From NCBI GenBank assembly GCA_951406725.2, contig OX597826.1, forward strand, positions 77,376,001 to 77,440,000: 64,000 nt of DNA, read 5' to 3'. The position numbers and the translations under genes were made by a program. The notes beneath the pieces were generated by a model that was given only the letters and a program-made list of their open reading frames with translations, was not told where the DNA came from and did no database searches. Shown here piece after piece: positions 25,677 through 38,845 of this stretch. The stretch is from Octopus vulgaris. Its lineage: Eukaryota. Numbering within the stretch: position 1 is the stretch's first letter; every line of letters starts with the position of its first letter.

Positions 25677-26454
25677 TTATGGCCCCTTGTGGGTAATAAA
25701 AATCAACGTTTAACCAACGGAGCTGTTGTTCACAAATTGCCGACAGATAAATTGTCAGATAAATTTAATGAGACAGACATAACCACAAACAAATTTACAA
25801 TCAGAAATAATATATATAGCAAAAGAAGTGGGTAACTAACAAATTGTTCATCTGCAATGTGAATTTCAGCCCTTTACAGAAATATCACTTGGGAAGGGGT
25901 GCTGGACTCCCCTGGGCTCCGACTAACCTTATATTCTTCTCAACATTGAGACGAAATCGTCGATGTTGTCGTTCAGTCTCAGGCTAGCCCTGATTGATCA
26001 GAAGAGACCTATGATTAAAAGCAATCCAAGCTTGATTTCACCGTTTTTATCTCGGCCTACTTCTGAAAATGGCCAAGTATCGGATGAGTGTGCGTGCGCG
26101 TGTGTATTTGAGAGACATTTAGCTTCTAATTTTAGCGACTCTTCAGAAGTTCCTTGAAGGGAAATCTAAACTCTAGATAAGAAAGATACACATGAGGTTG
26201 GCTACCCTGACATGGCAAGATGTTCCACTTCATATATTTCTTCGGTTAATATCGAATGCTCAATAAGGAGATTAATTTTGAGAAGGGCACAAAATAGATA
26301 CATTAATAAAATCATTAGTTACTCAAATTAATGGTTAACAGTATGTCCCGCACGAACCAACGATGTAATTTCGCCATGACTGATTGACCTGCAAGAAGAA
26401 TCAGCAAATTTTCCCTTGGAACACACTTTGCAGACTCAAATCAGAAATAAATGC

Positions 26455-26866
26455 CTTGCCATGGCTGGTTGATTAAGAAACTCGCTTTACAACCACGTTG
26501 TTTCGGGATCGATCGCCGTGTGAGTAAATTTGGTAGACGGAAATTGCGCGGAAGACCGCAGTGTGTGGGGGGGAGTGAGGACGGTGTGTGTGTGTGTGTG
26601 TGTCTTGTGTGAGGGTGTGACTTTGCGTGTTCTTGTGTGAGGGTGTGACTTTGCGTTTGTGTTTCTCCCCAACCACCGTTTGACAACCGGTGTTTGTTTG
26701 TTTACGTCCCTGTGATCTAGCGATTCGGCAAAAAGAGAAGAACGCTGGAATAAGTACCAGACTTGAAATATTAGTACTTGAATGGCTATGTTCGACTAAA
26801 CCCTTCAAGTCGAAGCCCAGCATGGAGGTTGTCCAATGATTGAAAAAAAAAAAAGTAAAAGATAAT
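26455..26866 (+). mobile_element. SINE family A copy (diverged, with an internal tandem duplication of about 28 bp)
   Basis: TTTGGTAGACGGAAA and TTGACAACCGGTGTT; TCTTGTGTGAGGGTGTGACTTTGCGT occurs twice. Confidence 0.75.
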
Positions 26867-28806
26867 AGTCCTAGCCATACCCCATAAAGACAGGAAGATC
26901 ATGGCTGGAATGAGTTTACTGGATATATTTTGACCCAGGGCTAAACAGGAACAACATGCTTGATTGAGTGTTTGGAAATTACAAATTATCCGATGGACGT
27001 TATAGCTTGTCGACTCCATGAAAGGGGATCCAAAGTTCATGAAAATTAGATAGATATATCAAACCAACCGTATGGAAATACGTGAATCAGAATAATCAAA
27101 ATGGTGGACAGTGGTTGTTGTTAAAAGGTAATCCAAAATTTATAACCAATAAATGGCTGACTCCAAAAGAGAAGAGCAGACGACCGAGAAAAAAAAATTG
27201 GATCGATCCCTTTTACATATGTTTCTCCCTCTCCCACTCCACTACGATCTCAGCCTGAACAAAACAAATACGAAACAAAACGATGAAATAAAATATAAAT
27301 AAATTCAAAATGGAAGAAAGAGGAAGTAAAACAAACCATATTGAAGTCATTTGTTGTATGTTTGCTGATATTGTTATGCTTGAAATTGTTCATACATTTA
27401 CTGTTAGTCATGTTGTTGATGTTATCGTTGTTTCATCTTTCTCACTTGTTGTTAAATAAATCTTTTGTCGATCTTCGTTTTTGTTCGTGAAAATTTTGTC
27501 GTTGCGTTACTGTTATCGTTATTTTTGACACTGTTGATATCACTGCTGATACGTTTTTTCATCTTACGATGATGTATTTTATCAAAAATGTACGGTAATA
27601 TTTCTTCTGCCATTTCTTTAAAAGATTTATTTTGCAGCTACCGTTAATGCTGTTGTTGCTTAAATCAAGTTTCTGTCTGAAATGGACAGGATTTTCGGTG
27701 GATTTTTTACACTCGAACGAAATCGTTCTGATTGCTGTTTTTGTCGTTGCTCTTGATCATTTCGTTCTTGATGTCTTTATCGTTGTTGTTGTTGTTGTTG
27801 TTGTTGTTGCTATTAATCCAGTGGCGTTGGTGTCAGAGATTTTCTGGTAAGTTGGTGTTTTCCTATGAATTTAATGGTGGCAATTTTTGAGGTAAGTAGT
27901 ATCTTCCAGAAATGATCAGAAGATGCGAAATAAAGACATCATTTATTTGATATTCATATATATGTGTGTATGGGTGCTTCTTTGTATGTATGTATGTATG
28001 TATGTGTGTATGTATATATGCATGATCACATGCATGTATTACCTACGTATGTATATGTATGCAAATATGCATAAGTATATGTATATATAGGTACATATAC
28101 GATGAGAGACAGACAGACAGATAGATAGATAGATATAGAGATACAGGGAGAAAGATTGGTTAAAGAAAAGTTTGCAAGTGAGACAGACAGATAGATAGAT
28201 AGATAGTGTCCTGTGATTAGTAACGAGCGAATGAGGGTAAACAGGCTGACAGACAGACAGACATTAAAAGAAAGGGAGAGAGAGAGGTGAGCTGGAAGAA
28301 GAAGCTGATTGCATGTAGATAAACAGATAGGGAGAGAGAGAGAGACGGACAAACAGACGGACAGACAGACAGACAGACATGGATTCTATAACAGCCGTTG
28401 GGTTGTTCTTGCATTGGTAAAATCATTCCAGGCACAGATTATCATTATTATCATTATTATCCGTTCCGATTACAGTCAATCACTCTGCAAAAAGACAACG
28501 AAATCGATCTCCAAGAGCATCAGATGAGAATGGTACCAGTGTAGGATTGTACTTGTTCCAACTAGTCACTGACTAATATCTCTCGTCGCTCTCGCTTTCT
28601 CACTCTCTCCTTCTCTCTCTTTCTCTCTTCACTGTTTTCATATGTCTGTGCAATTCAGGAGTGTGTATGTGCATATATGTATGTAGGTGCCTTGATGACA
28701 GAGAAACAATATCGAATCAAAACGGAGACCAGACTGTGTCAAAAGATATGTTCATTCCACTTTTATTATACACACACTCCCACACACACATCACACATAC
28801 ACATGC

Positions 28807-28846
<40 letters not shown>

Positions 28847-29224
28847 GCATACATATAATTTTATGTGTCTATTTGTAAATACATATGTATAATATATGTA
28901 TTTCTGTGTCTGCATAAATATATATTTTATATGTATGTGTGCGCGTATAGATATATACACATACATATGTATATTTATAAACACACTCACACACACACAC
29001 ACACACACATACGCACAGGCTCACACACACACACACACACCAACAAACAGCTACCAAGCACCAGGCGAAGTCTGTAAATATTTCAACAAAATAAACGAAA
29101 GAAAAATGATCTTATGCTTTCAAATCACCAATTGTTTATTCATTATGTGGCGATACTAGAAATTATATATATTTAACTCATCAGCTACACTGGTGGGGGC
29201 GGCGGCGGGGTGGCGGGGGTGTCA

Positions 29225-30350
29225 TTGTGCTTGGGATGGTGTTGGTGGTGGCGATGCGAATGCTGGTGGTGGTGGTGGTGGTGGTGGTGGTGGTAGTGTT
29301 TGGGATTGAGGTTTTGATGGTGCTTTTGGTGATGGTGATGGTGATAGTGGTGGTGGTGGTGGTGATGGTGGTGGTGGTGGTGGTGGTGGTAGTGTTTGGG
29401 ATTGAGGTTTTGATGGTGCTTTTGGTGATGGTGATGGTGATAGTGGTGGTGGTGGTGATGGTGGTGGTGGTGGTGATGGTGGTGGTGGTGGTGGTAGTGT
29501 TTGGGATTGAGGTTTTGATGGTGCTTTTGGTGATGGTGATAGTGGTGGTGGTGGTGGTGGTGGTTGTGGTGGTAGTGGTGGTTGTGGTGGTAGTGTTTGG
29601 GATTGAAGTTTTGATGGTGCTTTTGGTGATATGGTAGTGGTTGTGGTGGTAGTGGTGGTGGTGGTGGTGGTGGTGGTGCTGATGGTGATAGTGGTGGTGG
29701 TGATGGTGATAGTGGTGGTGGTGGTGGTGGTGGTGCTTGGGATTGAAGGTTTGATGGTGCTTTTGGTGATGGTGATAGTGGTGGTGGTGGTGGTAGAAGT
29801 GGTGGTGTGACAGTAGTGGTGGTAGTGGTTGTGTTGCTGGTGTTTGTTGATGTTGTAGTGGTGGTGGTGGTTGTGGTGTTGTTTGGGATTGTAGTTTGGA
29901 TGGTGGTATTGGCGATGGTGAAGGTGAAGGTGGTGGTGGTGTGATAGTGACGATGTTGATATTGCTGTTTCTTTCGTTTTTGTTGTTGCTCTTGTTGTTG
30001 TGATTGTGATAGTGGTGGTAGTACTGTTGTGGTTATGCTGTTGTTGGAATTATTGGTAGTGTTGTGGTGGTTGTGGTGGTAGTACGATAGTGACGACAGC
30101 ATTGGTGATGGTGTGGTGTTGTGGGATTGTAGTGGTATCGTAGTATTGGCTGTAGTATTTGGTGGCTGGTGCATTGGTCGGGGCTGTGGTTGTGATGGCT
30201 GTGTTGGTGGTAGTTGAGGGCTATACACTGTATGAAGGGCTTCCCGCTTAAATTGGAGGTGGTAGTAGTAGCAGCAGCAGCAGTCGCCGTCCTAGTAGTA
30301 GCAGCAGTAGTAGTCGTAGTAGTAGTAGTAGTAGTAGTGTTGGTGGTAGT
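29225..30350. repeat. (GGT)n tract containing a minisatellite of about 100 bp (5 or more units)
   Basis: GTAGTGTTTGGGATTGAGGTTTTGATGGTGCTTTTGGTGAT at 29293, 29389, 29494, 29590 and about 29730. Confidence 0.9.
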
Positions 30351-30669
30351 ATGTGCGTGTGTGTTGCTGAAGCTGATCGTTGTGGTGTTATAAGTCCTTG
30401 ATGTTTGGTGGTTCTTCGTTTGAGTGGAAGAACTGATCGAGATTTTGGTGTTGTTCTTATTGTTGCTGTTGTTTAGCCCCCATGTAAGACCTGTCTCAGC
30501 AAATCTAAGATCAAAAGACATCCGCATCCAGTCTTTGTTTGCGGCAATATGTACCTTGAACTACACTAATGAATGCGTGAGATATATTTACTTCATAAGG
30601 TGGCAGAACGTTATTCAGTATACCAGTGTCACGAAACTTTTTCCTCAAAAGAAATTTCAATAAGAAATA

Positions 30670-31060
30670 CTCTTTTACTTGTTTCAGTCATTTGACTGCG
30701 GCCATGCTGGAGCACCGCCTTTAGTCGAGCAAATCGACCCCGGGACTTATTCTTTGTAAGCCCAGTACTTATTCTATCGGTCTCTTTTGCCGAACCGCTA
30801 AGTGACGGGGACGTAAACACACCAGCATCGGTTGTCAAGCAATGCTAGGGGACCAAACACACACACACAAACACACATACATATATATACATATATACGA
30901 CAGGCTTCTTTCAGTTTCCGTCCACCAAATCCACTCACAAGGCATTGGTCGGCCCGAGGCTATAGCAGAAGACACTTGCCCAAGATGTCATGCAGTGGGA
31001 CTGAACCCGGAACCATGTGGCTGGTTAGCAAGCTACTTACCACACAGCCACCCCTGCGCC
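30670..31060 (-). mobile_element. SINE family A copy (best preserved)
   Basis: Complete head (GGCGCAGGGGTGGCTGTGTGGTAAG on the minus strand), central (CA/TA) microsatellite and tail. Confidence 0.95.
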
Positions 31061-31439
31061 TAATTGTATAGTTTTTTTTTCTTTTATTATCTGCGGAGGA
31101 GATCCAAGTTCGGTAAACTTCTGAACGTACAGTTGAGAAAGTAAAAATCAGGTTTGTTTTAATAAAATATTGGAGGAAAACATTGCATGCCTATTCTGCT
31201 TATATGAACTGTGCACGCAGAAATGTTTTCGTGCAATGTCGCTCACCGCGACGCAGTGTTTTATTTCAAATTTTTAGATATTTAGGATTTACGGGGAAAT
31301 GCTTATTTATCAGTTTTGCGAAAACTGCGTAAAATTTATAGTGAACATTTAAACTATAAAGTGAAAATCCGTATATTCGTTTTTATTTTATCTCTGAACG
31401 CGGTATAAACAGTACCCGCACGACATCGTGAAGTATATT

Positions 31440-31800
31440 TGCTTCCTAAATGTGGCTAACTCTTAAGGGTTGATGCTACTGTAGCTTGTAGCCCCAGGAA
31501 GACATCTCCTCCAGCTGGCTATTGACACATTATCTGTGCCCTATCAGTGTTTGCAAAGAGAAGTCATCGCTCACATCCAGCCTGACGTGAACCCTCTCTC
31601 CGAGAACATGGAAGATACTTTTTGAGTGTGACCAATGTGGTCGCTTCTACTTGGCAAAGGCAGGTCTGCTCGGCCACAAACGTGCCCCGTCTCCCAATGT
31701 CATATCCAGAGGGGTGTGCGTGAATTAACCAATGGACTCTCTCTGCTTTGGAGGTCCCAACATTTCGATGGTCGAGTTTCCGCTGCTGTGCTTTTGGGTG
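31440..31800 (+). mobile_element. LINE-derived remnant with a C2H2 zinc finger (RTE-like 3' end)
   Basis: FECDQCGRFYLAKAGLLGHKRA at about 31620-31690. Confidence 0.5.
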
Positions 31801-32242
31801 CGGTGTGGCGGTGAGATTGATTGTAGCCGGTGTGGAGTGACTGAAAGACCAAAAGTGAGGTGTTTCGTAGAGTTAGATGGATTTACGAAGCGATCTTATT
31901 AATTTCTCTACTTCCACCATGTGTGTCTTATGTCGCTAATTTTGCATAATATATAATGCATACGATTTTGTGTATGTATGTATGCATGTGTGTGTGGGGG
32001 GGGGGGTGAGAGAGAGAGCGCGCGAACGCGTGCTTGTGTGTACATATGTATCTATATATCAGGCCATCCTGCTATCATATAATGTCGGTTTTTAAGCTAA
32101 TCTTTTCAGATTTGTGCTTTTGTAACTAGACACAAACTATCGGTGTTTCTTTGTCATTACTAAGCAGAGAAAGCCTAGGCTAACGCTAGCATCTGAGCCA
32201 GACATTCTATAGTTGTTACTATTTGAATAATTCGTCATTACT

Positions 32243-32776
32243 ATGGAGGTTTCCGACGTGCACCCAAGACATATTGTTCTTTATGAGTTCAAAAAGGAAA
32301 AGCATGCAACTGTCACTGTGAAAAATTTACCATAACTGTATAGTGTTATCATTTTAAATGACCAAAAATAGTAATAAAGGGTCTACATTTTCGGAAGGGT
32401 AACTTCGCATTGAAAACTTTTCTCGCTGTTGACGTCCTGTTACCAATGATAATGACGAATTGACGGCATCACTTCAGGAAAGACTTAATTCACCAACTAC
32501 CATCCCCTCCCACTTTTGAAAACTTGGAATGTGCCTAAGTTGGGCAAAACGATTTCTGCCGAGCAGACCCAGTGCGACCGATGAGAACATATCAACATCT
32601 ATGCTGCCGTTCATACACAGTAAATTCAGTCCTCAGTTTTGATCGCCTTCCAGTCGTCGATGAAAAGTGAGTGCCTCACAGAAATTTTAGACATCGATGG
32701 TAATGGATTCCGTGAAGACAGTACGTAAAACGTCAACCAAAGAAGGGTCTTTAACATAATAAGTGTTTGTATAATG
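32243..32776 (+). pseudogene. Decayed mariner transposase, 5' part
   Basis: MEVSDVHPRHIVLYEFKK..., FRKGNFAL and VVDEK* (TGDEKW-like). Confidence 0.7.
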
Positions 32777-33647
32777 TCCTGTAAACAACTTGCACATGCA
32801 AGTGCTACCAGTCAAAAGCTCCGCATACCGGAAACCAGCAAGTGTATGGGGTCATCAGGAGAGAATACGCGCCGTTTCGGGGCCTGCCTCTCGACGGCAT
32901 TAATGCGCATCGGCCCCCACACTGATATGAGGCCCCGCTTGCTAGATCAGCTGGTTTTCAAATAAAGCTCAATATTCTTCTAGCCATCGCTCATCGTCTC
33001 TTTTTAACGAAATCCAGTGGCTAGCCTTTGCCACTGTAGTTTGGATATTGGTCATGGTGGTATTGACTTTACGATGAGTTAGGCCTAACGATAGCAACAG
33101 TCGTCTCACACTGTGTCCAACAAACCCTCTACATCCAACTTCAATTGGAAAATGCTCTGCTTTCCAGCCTGCGTCTTCAATATGAGACGCCATCACCTCC
33201 TGGGGCACTGTTTGTTCTAGCCTTTCTTACGAAATCATTCACCTCTCTCTCCCTGATGTCCCCAATCTGGAATTCGATATCAGGTCCTGAGAGATGATTT
33301 AGCTCATGTAGAGGTGGCAGTGGCTGGTTCTTGCTTGGTCCACACTTTCCTTTCGCTAGTCGGATATTCTCTTATACTCCAAATAAATCATTTCCTGTAT
33401 CGTAAATTGAGCTTGTTAATTTACCCAGTTTCTCCACTGTAGAGCCTGTCATTTTATAAAGAGCCCGACATACCTTGTTTTCAAACTCTTTATATTTCCC
33501 TTTCTCACTAGCAGCAGGCCACAAAACCCTCGGTTTCCTCTGAGTATTATCTGATGCGCCAGTTTCATGACTTGCAGTTTCCTGGCGTGAAGAGGTCTCT
33601 GCTGTAGCTTTTATCGATCCACTGTTCTGAATGACACAACAATGCAC
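32777..33647 (-). mobile_element. Internally deleted RLE-type (R2/Hero-like) non-LTR retrotransposon
   Basis: C-terminal GWKAEHFPIEVGCRGF...ASHWI; N-terminal RKPRVLWP segment; TATAATG direct repeat at 32770-32776 and 33648-33654. Confidence 0.75.
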
Positions 33648-33779
33648 TATAATGCAAACAATGGACTATAATAACTGTTATAATTTAATCATCCATGGTC
33701 TGATATGATAGTTCAGAATAAAATTCCTTCTTCAGATATTCTTAGATGGAGTCGCTGCTATAATCGGTTTTCCAACAGC

Positions 33780-34260
33780 TTTTCTTTTTTCCTGGAAGCG
33801 TATCGGCAGTAGTCTCACGAAGTTCTTTCCGGAATTCCACGTGAGAAGTGCATGAGGTCGGCCATGTCTCAATCTCATGTGTTCTGGCACATTCGCAGCG
33901 CTGCTTCTAAGTTATGTTTTATACGTGCAGCTTCCTTCTTTCTCCCCCTTCTCTTGATGGGATATGAAAGATATTATTCTCTTGAAATCTTACCTTCGAC
34001 TAAAACAAATAATTATATCTGGAGTGTACTGAGAACAACTCCATCGACTAAATGGCAATTGAACACCAATTTTGTATATCTTAAACTACCCCTAACAAGA
34101 TTCGAATTCCAAATAAGTTTTAATTTTATTAATTAATTTCCTGAAGATGTTGAATGAAACAGCTGTAAGGGATGTTTGTCAATTTTTTTAATTAATAAAT
34201 AATAATTCATTAATTATTTTTCTATATTCTAATTTTTACATTCAGAAATTTTCTTTCTTT
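33780..34260 (+). mobile_element. Penelope-like 3' end (decayed GIY-YIG tail plus hammerhead region)
   Basis: IGSS..., SHVFWHI..., GYERYY..LP resemble a PLE endonuclease C-terminus; hammerhead core downstream on the same strand. Confidence 0.5.
34136..34173 (+). ncRNA. Degenerate minimal hammerhead motif
   Basis: CUGAAGA-UGUUGAAU-GAAA-CAGCUG-UA; palindromic ACAGCUGU; stems I and II are weak. Confidence 0.5.
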
Positions 34261-34307
34261 AAAAAGCAATATTGTAACTATCAGAAAATGTCATATATAA
34301 AATGTAA

Positions 34308-34390
34308 CAGCCTTCTTTCAGTTTCCGCTAACCAAGTCCTCTTCCAAAGGTTTGGTCGGTGCAGGGCCACAGTAGGAGACTGTGCGATAT
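34308..34390 (-). mobile_element. SINE family A fragment
   Basis: CTTCTTTCAGTTTCCGCTAACCAAGTCC...GGTTTGGTCGG. Confidence 0.6.
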
Positions 34391-34593
34391 GTGTGTGTGT
34401 GTGTGTCCAAAGAAGGTTTCGAGAGATATATAATCCTGGTGGTTACCGTGTTAATTCTTCTCAGTACTGGCTAGCCTCAGCGAATGTTGGTGCAACTCAA
34501 GTTTACTAGACTCAATTTACTCGACTCAGTTTATTATCCTTGCTTGGTAACTCCGAATGTCCTGTTATGGACTGCATCGTTTCCGCAGAGAAA

Positions 34594-34750
34594 ATAATGA
34601 AATTAATATAGATCGGGAGAAGGGAGATTTGTACATTCATATTTCATTATACAGTTTTTTACACCACAAGTCCAAACGAAGAACGACGTAAATAACTGTA
34701 AAATACGGATGTACAAATCTCCATTCTCCTGATCTTTATTTATTTCATTA

Positions 34751-34751
<1 letters not shown>
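34594..34751. repeat. Fold-back with arms of about 60 bp next to (TA)n
   Basis: 34594-34656 versus 34694-34751 in reverse complement. Confidence 0.85.
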
Positions 34752-34796
<45 letters not shown>

Positions 34797-34798
34797 CA

Positions 34799-34864
<66 letters not shown>

Positions 34865-34866
<2 letters not shown>

Positions 34867-35235
34867 ATATACGTTTATCTACAACTACTACATCATTTAC
34901 AGAATGTGCAGAATATACCACGAGCATTGCCTTAACGACCTTGATTCAGAATATATTCAACGTTAGGTAGGAGTCCATATGCCTTACACAATTCAGGATC
35001 GCAACACATAAATTCACTGTAACACAGTCTTTTTTTCTCAACAGGCCCGATTCTGTTTAACATTATCCCCAAACAAATTAAAGAAAAAAAGATACCATTA
35101 CCTTCAAATGAAAACTGGACAAATATATTTGAGGGATACCACCTATACCTGGATACATCTGTCAACAACTACTTGAATATGCTATGATACCACAAGACTT
35201 TACTGAAAAGTGTCTTAACAGATCCTATCAGGTGG
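34865..35235 (+). mobile_element. Decayed CR1/Jockey-like LINE 3' end
   Basis: GPILFNIIPKQIK...FK*KLDKY; same class as 62095-62378. Confidence 0.55.
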
Positions 35236-36477
35236 TCTTATTAAGTTAGACATGGTCCAGAGCAGAGAGGGGAACCTGCGGCCTTAGGCTGCATGCAGCC
35301 TTCCAGGCTATCAAATACGGCCGTCTGAGGCCATTGGTATGTTTTCTTTACTTTTTTGACAATGAATATTTTTTGTCTAAAATCCTTGTACGCCCTAAAC
35401 TTACAATACACACTCACATATACGAAAGAAAAGTTAAATGTGTTTAGTGATGTCACTCCCAGAGATTGGAAGCATATTTTTTGTTGAACCTCAAAGCAAC
35501 AAGTATTTAAAGGTAATGCTTCCTTGTCAGCCACACCAGCCTAGTGAGAGTAAGTGACTTCACGTATGATACACAAAGTGTTCCTGTCCCGTCCACCTTT
35601 TCATTGAGATCCGTGCTACGTATTTTACTTAGTAATTGCGTAGTCATGTCCAACTTCTTACTGACATGTTTTGTGAGAATGAGTTAGTTACAAGCCTTAT
35701 TTGAAACAGTAAATCCACCAGTGCTTGTGTTAATTTTACAGACTTGCTTTTTATCATCGAAACTTGATAAGAGATACAGTGATCGTATTCATTGCTACTC
35801 TGTTAAGCCGGCTGCACACTTCTTCAGACAAAACAATCTTAGACAAAACACTATCAACCAGCGTCCGAAATTATGTTCTCGGAATCTTGGTCATAAAAAT
35901 AAAATTCATTATTTCGTGAGATTGAAAGCCGTTGATATTTTACATTATTTTTGCAACAATTAGGTAATGATAAATAATAGTACAAATTACAGAAAAAAAA
36001 TTATAGCTAATCTAGATGTTGTTCAGTCTTGAATTGTAGTAACAATTGCTAAAGTCAAAACCAAAAACATGGTCTTGTATGCAAGGTTATCCTCTCTTGT
36101 TTAAGACTGTTTTATTTGGGTCAGTGTGCGGCCGGGTTTACTAATTTTAACCCATAATTATGTCAAAAAAATGAAAACTAAGTTTGAAAGAAGAAAACAG
36201 GATCTTCAATGAAGAATGGGAATTGCAATAATTTTTAGTAAATAGTGGACGCAAAATGTCTTGCCTGTTTTGTGAAACTGCAATTGCAAGAGCTAAGAAA
36301 TTCAATGTACAGCAACATTATGCTCTTCATAAAAGCAAAAATATGACAAATTAGAGGGTGAGTCTTGAAAGATAGCATTGCAGATATTGAGAGATGGAAG
36401 ACAAAAGTAAAGACAATTTTTCCAATCTGTGCTGCATCAAGGAAATGTATTTATGATATTCTCTTTACTATTTTACT

Positions 36478-36876
36478 ATTTTACTTGTTTCAGTCATTTG
36501 ACTGCGACCATGCTGGAGCACCACCTTTTAGTCCAGCAAATCGACGCCGGAACTTATTCTTTTGTAAGCCTAGTACTTAGTCTATCGGTCTCTTTTTCCG
36601 AACCACTAAGTGACGGGGACGTAAACACACCAGCATCGGTTGTCAAGCAATGCTAAGGGGACAAACACAGACACACAAACACACATGCGCACACATATAT
36701 ATACATATATACGACGGGCTTCTTTCAGTTTCCATCTACCAAATCCACTCACAAGGCTTTGGTTGGCCCGGGGCTATAGCAGAAGACACTTGCCCAAGAT
36801 GCCACGCAGTGGGACTGAACCTGGAACCATGTGGTTGGTAAGCAAGCTACTTACCACACAGCCAATCCTGCGCCTA
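36478..36876 (-). mobile_element. SINE family A copy nested in the hAT element
   Basis: Full-length homology to 30670-31060. Confidence 0.92.
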
Positions 36877-37603
36877 TGTGGCAAAAAAGTTGGGCAGTTC
36901 GAAAAAAATTGTCGTTTTTCAAGTTCCTTTTGGCTCAGTCAAAACTTTCAGAAGAATACTTTCCTCAGAGGGTAATGAGTGAAAATGAAGAAGATATTTA
37001 TGAGTCTTTTGAAGAATATGAGTTAGTTTTAGACTCATTAATAGAAGACTATAATGGAAAATTCAATGATTTTGAAAAACATAACATCGCTCTGAAACTT
37101 GCTTTCCAGCCTCACTTAGGTGATGTATCAGAGACTTCCGAAGAGTTACAAATGGAGTTTATTGAAATTTCTGAAGATAATATCCTGAAATCTCTGTTTG
37201 AAAAGAGGGGAAATCCCAGTGAAACTTGGAAAAATGCGCTAGATTATCTTCGTCTTCGTGAACACTCCGACTAATTTCCTGCATTTCTTCAAAATACTTT
37301 TGTGAATCCACATTCTTGTACTTGATGCAAATCAAGAATTCGCTGAGAACGCAATTGATAACTGAGCATTTGGAGGATCAATTGAAACTAAGTACCACTA
37401 TATTTGAGCCGAATATCAAAATGCTTTCTGAAAAAGAGGAAATTCAAAGAAATCATTAATTTGTATGAAAAGTACTTACTTGCCCAAACAGAATATTTGA
37501 AAATCTCTTACTTTCGATATCATTCATATACTTATTATTTGTAAAAAATTACTTAAATAAAATATTTTAAAAGCCATGCTTAAGATTATTAATAAGTTAC
37601 TTT

Positions 37604-38845
37604 CCGCCTGTCTCTTATTTAATCTCTCCGAAAGAGTTCCACTTTACTTCACACATGCCGAATAGCGTGAGGTGATACTGGTGCCTCTCCCTTACTTGTG
37701 CGCACCTTCCTGCCTCTCGGAGTGTTCTCACATTCCAGGTTCCAAGAAGGATGGGCTTCTTCTGCGAGAGCAGCTTTGGACCGCCCTTCAAAGTTGTCCT
37801 CGGCCTTGTACCTTCTTCACGGGTTTGGCTACAGCGCGTCATCAGTCTCCGGATCGGAACTTTGGTTCTCCCAAGAACTGAATTAGTGTTAAATGAGATG
37901 TTATTAGTTTCTGTAACAGGTGGGGTTTTTTTTCGTGTATAGGGTGTTAGCGTATAGCACAACCTCCGAATCTGGAGGGCCGATGCGTTTACTTTAGTCT
38001 GACTCCTCCTCTTCGACCAAACCAGCAAGGTTAGACCTACCAGGGGGGAACACGCCCCCTGCTGGCACATGCTCTAGGAATCATAAGAGTACGCATTCCT
38101 CCCCGCCACGTCAAGACCACCTAACAGAAACTTCACGGCGAGTGGGCTTGAGGATCAGCTGGGAAAAGACAAAAGTGCTGCGTACCAACAACAAGCAGGA
38201 AGAGCCAAGCACAATCGAGGGGACACCTGTGGAGGACGTTAGTGAGTTTGTTTATCTTGACAGCAAGATCAGCAAATCAGGTGGATCAGACGAGGACATC
38301 ACGGCAAGAAGCAAGAAGGCTTGGCAAGCCTTCGCTATTCTTCGGCCGGTATAGAAGTCCACTGTCATCTCATCTCGAATTAAACTCTGCTTATTTAGTT
38401 CAAACGTAAAATCTGTGCTTTTGTATGTCTCTGAAACAGGGAGAGCCACCTGCAGCAACTACAAGAAGATCCAGACCTTCATCAACAAATGTCCCCGGCA
38501 GATCCTCCATCTGAAGTGGTTCGAAAGAGTGCCAAACACCGACCTGTGGGAAAGGGCCAACCAGGAGCCCATACATGTTCAGATTAGACGAAGGAAATGG
38601 AGATGGATCGGACACACACTTTGGAAAGAACCCTCAAACGTCACATGACAAGCGCTTGACTGGAATCCGCAGAGGAAAAGGAAGCGAGGACGCCCGAAGC
38701 AGACATGGAAGCGGAGCATTTTGGACGAACTCAGGACCAGCAGCCTGACACGGGAAGCAGCCAAGAAACACGCCAATGACCGCAAAAAGTGGAAAACAAC
38801 TGCTGAGGCCCTATGCTCCACAAGGGACAAAAAGGATTAAGAAGA
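37604..38845. mobile_element. RTE-clade LINE insertion with an inverted 5' segment
   Basis: 37604 to about 38120 on minus: 5' UTR plus APE start (LGTWNVRTL...CEVKW); about 38125-38845 on plus: RT C-terminus (WRWIGHTL, WNPQ..RGRPK); 16-bp TSD 37588-37603 and 38846-38861 with 1 mismatch. Confidence 0.88.

Noticed and set aside
27840-27900. Two plus-strand GTAAGT donor-like sites
   Set aside because: Upstream sequence is low-complexity (GTT)n with no convincing exon
29293-29780. Repeat-spacer pattern suggestive of CRISPR
   Set aside because: Spacers are (GGT)n, the context is eukaryotic and there are no cas genes
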